Source of the DNA: Vicugna vicugna
Lineage: Eukaryota
Direction of reading: 5' to 3'
DNA length: 64,000 nucleotides
Assembly (NCBI GenBank): GCA_013265495.1
Contig: MU058037.1
Span: 1,179,498-1,243,497, forward strand
Shown piece after piece: positions 55,101-64,000 of this stretch. A model generated the notes under the pieces. That model saw only the letters and a program-made list of their open reading frames with translations, was not told where the DNA came from and did no database searches. A program made the translations under genes and the position numbers. Each line of letters starts with the position of its first letter. The stretch's first letter is position 1.

Positions 55101-55951
55101 CCACCCAGGTAGTGCAAGAGAATACTGCTCAGAATTACTTGCTGGGCATCCATGTTGACTTCACATTCTCAGTTCCCAGGACCTACCAGACTCTATCCTT
55201 CCCCATAAAGGTCAAAACTGTTACTTCTATCAAAGCTCTTTTCATATCTGTCACAACAGAAATGTTCTGTATATGTGCTATCCAATATGGCAGGCACTGG
55301 CCATTAGCTATCCGCAGGAGGTGAGGCTGAGGAAGGAACTGTTTTTATTAACTTAGTTTTAAATAGTCACATGTGGCAAAGTGGCTGCACTCTGAAACAA
55401 AAGCTTAATTGTCTTAATTATCATTTGAAAAGAACCTACCAGCAGCTGCTCAAGGTGGGTGGCCTCAGAGATTCTTAGTACCCTCAAATGTTATCTCAGC
55501 CTGAAAGCACTGAGGCAAATGTTCTGTCACCCCATCCTGTCAAAGTCTCTTAACACTGCTTAATTCCACTCTGGGGCCCAGAACTCTGAGAAAAGGCAGA
55601 AGATCCTTTCTCTTTTACTGGGCAGAGTCGGGGAAGAGTTTTCTGGCTCCCCTTTGAGGTGCCAGGCCCATGTGGTCCTCTGCTTTCATACAGTTCCAGC
55701 TCCTTGGAATCACTCCATTTCTGCCTCTGCAATCATCTCCTTTCAGCATCTCTCCCTGTGTGTCTGTGTCTGTGTCTCTCTCGTACACACTTGGTCTCCT
55801 TTGGGGGTGAGGCACCTACTCTCTCCGTCTACCTTGCTGCCAGAGCAGTAGTTGACTTTGATCTTCTCCATGTCTTAAGCAGACACTGCTCACCATTCTG
55901 ATTCTTTTATCGATTAACCAAATATAAAAGGGCATTCAGGAATGGACTTAC

Positions 55952-56016
55952 CGCTTCACCCGCTCAGTACTGTCCTGACTCAATTCTTTCATTCTTTCTT
56001 CTACTTTGTTCAAAAG
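55952..56016 (-). CDS. SMS: Spermine synthase coding exon 4
   Basis: ttgtag acceptor, 65 nt encoding LLNKVEERMKELSQDSTERVK(R), GTAAGT donor. Confidence 0.96.
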
Positions 56017-56447
56017 CTACAATTATAAGAAAAGAAATTAATGGGCTTATAGAATAAGCCGAGTGGAACAGCTAACGTACAGACCAAGAGGTTGAGACCA
56101 TGCTGACAGCTGTGATACTGGCTGACACCCAAACACACTTGTCCTCCCCCGGCCCTACACAGAGCGGCCTGCAGGCCTGGCCCAATTCCACACTCCCACA
56201 CAGTCAGCCCTCGTGGTGCCAGCCTAACTTCAGCCTAAAGTACCAACAGAATAACGGGAAATGGGAAGGCTCAAAGATATTGCAGACATAACATCCTGGT
56301 TAAAGGCTTACATTCCCTTCAGTGGAAGGTGAAATCATTACTCAGTACTCAAGCAGTCGAGGGAAACATGACAGCTAGATTCCTAAAAGCTACTGGAAAA
56401 CAACTGTTTTTCTTCTAAAACCACTTATCTGAAGAGAGACGAGTTTA

Positions 56448-56669
<222 letters not shown>

Positions 56670-59488
56670 TTAGGGGGTAAGAATTGATATCATCGCACTC
56701 AAAAGGAAAGACGCCCACCCAGTTAACAGGGAAAGCCACTGCTCTTATTCCCTTAATTATATAAACCCGGCTGCTTTCTTGTTAGAGCCTCTTCATGGGG
56801 GCAGCGAAGGCAATCATTTAGGGAAAGTTTTAGGGTCACTGAATGGTAGGGTTTTCAGAATAGGTTCTTGGGCCCAAAAAGTGATTCAGCAGCAAGTTCT
56901 ATGACGCTGATTTTTCTGAAGGCCCCCCAGCAGGGACTCGCCAGCCTTAGTAAGCTCTACTTGAAAGGAAGGGAGGGTGGGGAAGAGCAATTTGGGATTT
57001 CCCAATACCCTCCAGAGTTCAAAACCATGTTTTTCTGACTGCAAGCAGGTGGTGGCTAAAATCCACTGAGTTTGGGCCCTCCAAGCCAAATCCAGCCCGC
57101 GGTACGTTTTGTGGAGCCTGCAAAGGTACGTTTTGTGGAGCCTGCAAATGAAGTATGGTTTTTACATTTTTAAAGAGTTGTTTTTAAAAAAAAAAAAAAG
57201 AATGTGACAGGGACCTTATGTGGCTCCTTACAGAAAAGGTTCTAACCCCTAATTTAGTGGATCTAAGCAGCTTTTTTAATGAAGTAAAAATAAAATAGTG
57301 TCACATGCTTAAGAACTATCTTAAACTTGTTTCAATTAAACATATATATTTTGTATCGCACATATGCAGATGTGTGTGCAGGGCTATGATATGAACATCT
57401 GAAAAATACTAAATTAAGATGAAGAATTCTGTTCAGAGAATACAGGTAGTGTGCCTTGATTAAGAAATAAATACAACTAGTTAATTTTCACCTTCAGCCC
57501 TTAGATAGCCTCAAAATCAAGTTCAGGGCCCAGGGCTCCACAGACATCTACTACACCTGAATGAGCTGATCATCCCCCCCACCCCTCCTCCAAAAAGAGG
57601 AGCCAGGGGTAAAGGATAGAGAAATGCCAGCCCTTAACCACCTGGCTGCTTCTAGCAGAGTCCTATGCCTGAGAACCGCAGAACATGGAGAACACTGGAA
57701 GTGTTAATCATGAGATTAAAACCAGATTTAAAACCAAAATTAAGAAAGAGGAAAAGCTGCCGGGGTGTGGAGCTGCAGGCCCTCCCCAGGGCCAGTGCCT
57801 GGGCGTGGAAAAGAAAAGTGAGGATTCAGACAGGCAGCATGGAGATGGGGCCCAGATGGCCAAGTAAGAGAAGAGAAAGGCCAACGTTGAAAACAATTTT
57901 TTGTTAACTAAGCATGTTAACTTTTTTTCTGCTTTCAGAAGCAATTTCCAAACCCCTCTTGTCACTCAGAAACTCCTTTCCAGGAAGAATTCTAAGCCTT
58001 CTGGAAGGCTGGGATTGGTGCTAGGGTAGAAGACTCAAGAAGTGACATAGAGAGGTTGGCCTCGCCAGGTTGCAAAGGCCATTAGGAGGTGGTAAGAGAG
58101 GAAAAGTCCCAAAGGATGGACCACAACAAAGACAGCGAGATGGCAGGGAGGGTGAAGAGGACCAAACAGAGGGGCTGCGGAGCTGGATGGCTTAAGGCCA
58201 GCTGCAGACCTCTGCTTCCAGAAGACTCACCTTAACTGGGCCAGAGCCCGAGGACGGAGGCAGTGGAGGATCTGCAGTGGTACTGATTTGGGGTCACCCT
58301 TGAGAAGACATCTTTCTAGATACCTCTGAGATAGCTGCTACTCACACTGAGGACGGCTATGTCACCAGAAATACAAATCTGGTCTTAGAGGAGAGGGGTT
58401 AGGATGTCTCTGAGACATCGGGGTAGGAAACACCAATCGTTGCCACAGGGGTGGACCATGTATGTAGACTTATAAAGAGAACAATGGAAAGGGAAGGGTG
58501 AGTTCAAAAGTGCAAGTTTCCTTCATCTTACAGCACTGTCTTCTGGGCCTCTGTAAGAAGAGGGTAGAGGGTGTTTTCTTTTAATTAGAAAAACAAGGGA
58601 GAGAATGTGGCACATTAATGAAGACATGAGGAATTCTAGTACTTAGTATACATTGGGAGAATGGAATAAAAGCCATCAAAAACATCCAAGAATTCACATT
58701 TTAAAGTTAATAGTGTGAATTACTAAGAATCTTAATAGTTTTGTACAGCAAACAGTCCAGATGATACAAACCTACTACAAAACTACAAAATGCTCGAGAC
58801 ACCAGTCTCTTCTGGTGTCAATCTTCTCCTTTCCTACTCTCACGGTGACTTTCATTTACATATTGATTAGGTATAAAGACTTAAGGGCAAAAAAAAAAAA
58901 AACTTGTTAACTGTTGGATCCCCCCTCAGTTTCCTATCAAGCTACTTGCAGACTCCCATCCCACATTTGACTGCAGTCTGCATTAACTGATGATCAGTTA
59001 TTACAGTGCTACTCACGGCAGGGCCAGCTGACTGGCAGCTGGGAGCTTGTCAGAAATGCTATTTGGGGTGCTCCCCCGCCCTGCGGCATCAGCAACTTCT
59101 GGAGCGCAGCACGGCAAGCTGTGTTTTAAACAACTCCGATTACTGCCTGCGGGCTCACGCTGCTTATGCTGCCCAAGGGTTTTGGGTCTTGGCCACACAG
59201 CAGAATCACCTGGGGGGCTCTGGAGAAACAGTGGTGCCCAGAGACCTCAACCTCTGCAGGGAGCGCTTGGGCCTGGGATTTTGTGAAAGCGCTCCAGCAA
59301 CTCTGCTGTGCAGCCAGAGCTGAGAAGCACTGAATTCCAGCCCCCTCCCTAATGATGTCAAAAGAGGAAAGGAAAAAAAACTGGATGCCACCCCACCACC
59401 ACCCTTTGTGCACACACACACAACCCCCACACACCCTCACACCGCTGAAGTGCTGAGATCTGAAGACGAGCACTCAACCGCCACCTCA

Positions 59489-59692
<204 letters not shown>

Positions 59693-62545
59693 TTAAGGAA
59701 ACCTGAACAAAGTAGCCAGCATCATTCATCCCCTTCATTATGAGCTACGAACATTCTCAGTCCTGCAGGGATAGGCTGCAGATTACCAGGTAACACAATA
59801 AGCACACAAACACCAACCACAAAACAGCTGTGCCAGAAATGCAGACAGATGTTCAGCCAACCAGAAATAGCCTAACAAAATATTCCACCTAGCCAGCAAT
59901 CAGAAATACAAACACAGTAAATGACATTCCACTTCAGTTTAAATAAATTAATGAGGATATACAGTACTAGAAAAGAGATTCCATCCACCACTAATGGGTA
60001 TCATAAATGACTTCAAAACGTTTGGCTTTATGTTCCAGGTGTTTTACAGTAAGGATGGCTTGCTTTTATAACTGGAAAAAAAAAATAACTGGTACCACTC
60101 AGTAACCTATTACTAAATGGCAGAAACTGAGCAACAATTCAGTAAGGGACAAGCTGCTAGGTGTGTGACCCCCTCTCCTACCCAAATGGAGCTCAGTGAT
60201 CACAGGTAGGACTAGTCAAGGTTATTGATAATGCATTAACCTCTGCAGGTTTACATGAAGCCTTCATCTGCCAGAACATCCAACATTACAACACTTGGAA
60301 TGGATGGAAGGCAAAATACAATGTATCCTTCTCTAGTTGTATCTGCCAAAGTATTCATTTCCTGAGAAGGGTAAGATAAAGAACCAAGATGAGACAAAAA
60401 TAATGATTCTGTACTGTCCCATAAGCCCTCCACAGGCTGGTACTTTTTCCACATGAAAGAAAAAATAGCGTAGGCTGCAAAGCCTCGTTTTGAAGCATCC
60501 CTGTGAACTGAACTGAGAGCAGAAGAAAAAAAACAAGAAGATCCACACTTGACCGCAGTGCAGTTTCACAAGAAAATTACACTAGAATGCCTTCCATAAA
60601 CTAAGGAGTGCCAAAACTTAGACTCTGGGTAGATTGAAAAATTCCATCCAGTCCATCTCCAGTGACACGTGGAACTATGCTCCCAAGACCTTCCAGCACA
60701 AACTGGGTTCAGAGTCCAAACTGGGCAGCAGAGATGTGTTATTCTGGCCTGCACAAACTTTTTTTTTTTAAATGTAAGTTAATTGCCATTTAAAAAACAG
60801 ATTTCATCACCCCCATGGCAGGGGGTGGAGTAGTGCCCCCCCCAAAAGATACATCCATATCCTCACCCCCAGAATTTAGGAGTGTGACCTTATCTGGAAA
60901 AGGTTTTTTTTTTTTTTTTAAACAGACGTGGGTAATTTAAGGATCTAGAGAGGTGGATCATCTTAGATCATCCAGGTGGGTCCTAAATCCAGTAAGTATC
61001 CTTATCAGAGACTGAAGACTGAAAGACACAGGGAGACTGAGGAGCAGGCGAGATGAAGACAAAGGTAGAGACTGGCATGGAACAACACGTGGGCCTAAGA
61101 GAAGCTGGAAAAGGCAAGCAAGGACTCTGCCCTGGAGCCTAGAGCCCTGAGAGGGAGGGGCGCTCTGTGGATACTTTGTTTTCAGAACTGCGGCCTCCAG
61201 AACAGGGAGACCAAGTTTCTGTAGTTTCAAACCACTCAGTTTGTAGTTATTTTGTTACAACAGCCCTAGCCTGGCTAATACATTCACCAAAATGCGGATT
61301 TTAGCTTTGCTTAATGAACAATAGCAAATGGAGTAGTATCAATGGCAGTGAAGGAGTGATTTTTTTTAATCTCAATTTCCAGAGAGAAATTAGGATACCA
61401 CAACCAAACCTCACAGACAACATTCACATGAAAATTTCAAAATTAAATGACACTGTATTCCCTAACAGCACGAAAGGAGTAGGTGGAGACAAGCAGCTCA
61501 GCCCAGGGACCGCTGTGCTACCAGCAACTCTGACAGGAGTCAGTGAGCAGAGCAGAGGGACTGCAACCCCCCCCCAATGCCAACAAGGGTTCACTGGCGA
61601 GGAAGGTGCCTCCTCTGAGGAGGAGGCAGAGCCCAGCAGGCCACACAAATGAGAACGGGGACCTGGGTAGGGAGGGGCAGTGTCGGGGTAGCGCAGCCCT
61701 GTGAACGGCCAAAAGGAATGGAGGCCTCTTGCAGGAAAAAGCCGCCCATCAGAAAGGGACCACTGGAGCTGCATCCACGCAGCCCCATTAGAACACAAGC
61801 ATCACCCAAGGCGAGCAGTGACCTCAGGTCTCATTCAAGTCTCACTCGGTCCCAGCAAACCATGCCTTTGGGAAACTCATTTGGCAAAAAATAATCTAGC
61901 TGGCTTCACTATTCTGAAATTGCTTTCAGCAAATTAAAAGAGGGAGACCTGAATTATATCCCTCAGAACTGTGGTTTTAAGACTGAATTCTGTCCCCCTA
62001 AAAAAAATTTCCATTTCAAACTCAATGCAAAGAACTGATCTTGTTCCATTAGTGTTTGTCAATGAAGCCCAGTGGAGTCAGGCCACCGTGGAAGTGACCG
62101 AGCTGCAGGGCGGTGACGACCAGCGCACCCAGCATGCCGGCGTGCCACACGTCCTTGAACCGTGAACAGGAAAGCCACTATGCAATTATTCAATCCCTCC
62201 TTGGCCAGAACAGATGTTTTCTGTTTTGAAAGTGTATAAAACAAATCATGACTCCCGGTAAATGGCCTCAAGATCGGGTAGTGTTGGCACATTGCAAAAC
62301 AAAACCGCGTGTGCTGGTGAAGGGGCTGTCCAGGCGGGGGCCACCCTGCGTGTCACTGGCCAGGCTGTGTGGTGAACAAAGGCCCCGGGGCTGAGCTGGG
62401 GCAAACTCAGTCCCTTGGGCAGGGAAAGGGGTGTCTTTGCTGGCCAAGCCCAGCATGGCGGCTGTCCCTGTTTTCCAACTGGCACCATCAGCAGAGAGGC
62501 ACCGAGTGGGATAATGGAGGCCCTCCGGCCAGGTTTCAAGTGGAA

Positions 62546-62566
62546 AACAACAACAACAACAACAAC
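62546..62566. repeat. (AAC)n microsatellite
   Basis: About 7 AAC units. Confidence 0.9.
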
Positions 62567-63037
62567 ACATAACAAAAGAGATGCAATTTAGAGGTTTACT
62601 TTATTTCTATTCTGTGGTCTCCCCACCCCCAACCCCACGGTTCAGTAGAAATACACTGGGTCTAAATGTTATTTCTGGCTGTTGTCACTGTCCAGTGCCT
62701 GCGGCCATTGTGTGCATTGGCCCAGCCACGGGTAGGGAGACCACGTTCTGTCTACTGTTCCCCTCACCTCATAGTCACCTTCCTCCTGACCTGGGCATTC
62801 CCATCACCCACACTACTCCCAGCCCTTGGGGAAGACTCCAGAAAGGGGAGCTGGAGCTGAAACAACTGCTTAGCAGCTCTCTGCCAGAATCAAAGTTTTA
62901 AAATGAAAACTGGAAGCCAAAGACATGGGCTCACTAGCCTTAACAAGGTGGCTTCCTTGGTCATCTTGATCTTAAGTGCTCAGTAAGTGTTTCGGGGTAA
63001 TGGAAAATTGCGTTCGGCTAAATAAATCATCCTTATT

Positions 63038-63091
63038 TGACACAACACTGTAAAATGACTATAACTCAATAAAAAACGTTAAAAAAAAAAG
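63038..63091 (+). mobile_element. Severely 5'-truncated young L1 3' end
   Basis: TGACACAACACTGTAAAATGACTATAACTCAATAAAAAA-An; TSD tcatccttatt at 63027-63037 and 63092-63102. Confidence 0.8.
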
Positions 63092-63136
63092 TCATCCTTA
63101 TTACTGTATCTCTGCAGGGTTTCTAGAACACCTAGA

Positions 63137-63307
63137 CCAGTGGTTTTCAATCCGAGTTGTGCATTATAATCACCTGGGAAGTTTTTAAAATTCTGATGCC
63201 ACATCCTAGACCAATTAAATCAAAATCTGGGGGTGGGACCCAGGCATCATGATTTTTTAAAGTTCCCTGGGAAATTCCAATGTGCAGTTACGGTTAAGAA
63301 CCACTGA
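63137..63307. mobile_element. MER5-like hAT element
   Basis: TIRs CAGTGGTTTTCAA / TTAAGAACCACTG with an AATCACCTGGGAA core. Confidence 0.75.
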
Positions 63308-64000
63308 TCTAAACCACTCGATACAAAGAAGAAAAAGAAAGCCTCAATTTCTCCCCGAGATCCATTTACAGGGCTCTCTTGGATAATGAACCTCATTCCT
63401 CGGACCCTGACCATAAGCTCTAGACCAATCACAAATTTGGGGCCGAATCCCAAATGTCTACATCCAGCTGGAATCTGCCTCCCACAAATGCTCACCACCC
63501 TGTCCCAATCTCAAATCTAGAATCAAAATCCGGCTTCAGACTTCCCTACACCTTCCCATCAATGGACAATGCCCCTGCTGCTTAAGATCCTCCTTCATGG
63601 CCCCAGACGTTTCCCCAAAGGCCCTCCACCACAGCCTAAGACACCAGGCACCATGGCAAAAAGACAGGAAAACATGCTTCCATTAGATTCCCACTTCTTC
63701 AGTTTTAAGAAGCTAAATACTATAACCTTCGCAACAAAGTGAATTCCATTAGAGAGGATGCCCTCAACAAATAAGCAATTTTCACACCTCCAGAAAAACT
63801 CTGGACTCTTCACTCCTGACCTTGACTTGTGCCTCTTAAGTCTTTCTCAGCTGCAGAAGCTTCAACTACGAGAACTCTGGACAGAAGGTGAGAGGGCTTT
63901 AAGCTCCACAAGGCCAAGTCTCAGGGCCTGCGGGGCCATCACCTTGCCAGCTGTGGGCCCGGGCTGCACCGCCTCCTCTGGGGGTCAGGCTGCTGCGGGC

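Noticed and set aside
63900..64000. GC rise at the window end as possible SMS exon 1 / CpG island
   Set aside because: No MAAARHSTLDF-like coding sequence is present; exon 1 must lie outside the window

Overview
Mammalian genomic DNA with two head-to-tail minus-strand genes. The first is spermine synthase SMS: coding exons 2-11 lie at 59610->36225 plus the 3'UTR, and exon 1 lies beyond the window end. About 22 kb downstream is the 5' end of PHEX: promoter/5'UTR and coding exons 1-3 at 13164->1997, with the rest beyond the window start. This is the SMS-PHEX block known from human Xp22. tRNA-Ala-derived SINEs resembling camelid Vic-1 suggest an alpaca/camel genome (inference). The rest is intronic or intergenic DNA rich in L1, L2, MIR, MaLR/ERV LTR and hAT/Tigger remnants, and most ORF-track entries are spurious. 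I see no wholly new gene system. The most interesting signals are: two U12-type introns in SMS, one with rare AT-AG ends; a candidate poison exon in SMS intron 4; a CpG-rich repeat with four perfect EGR1 sites in PHEX intron 2; an overlapping uORF on PHEX; and a duplicated CTCF-like site in SMS intron 9. Repeat family names come from recalled consensus sequences, not from a database search.
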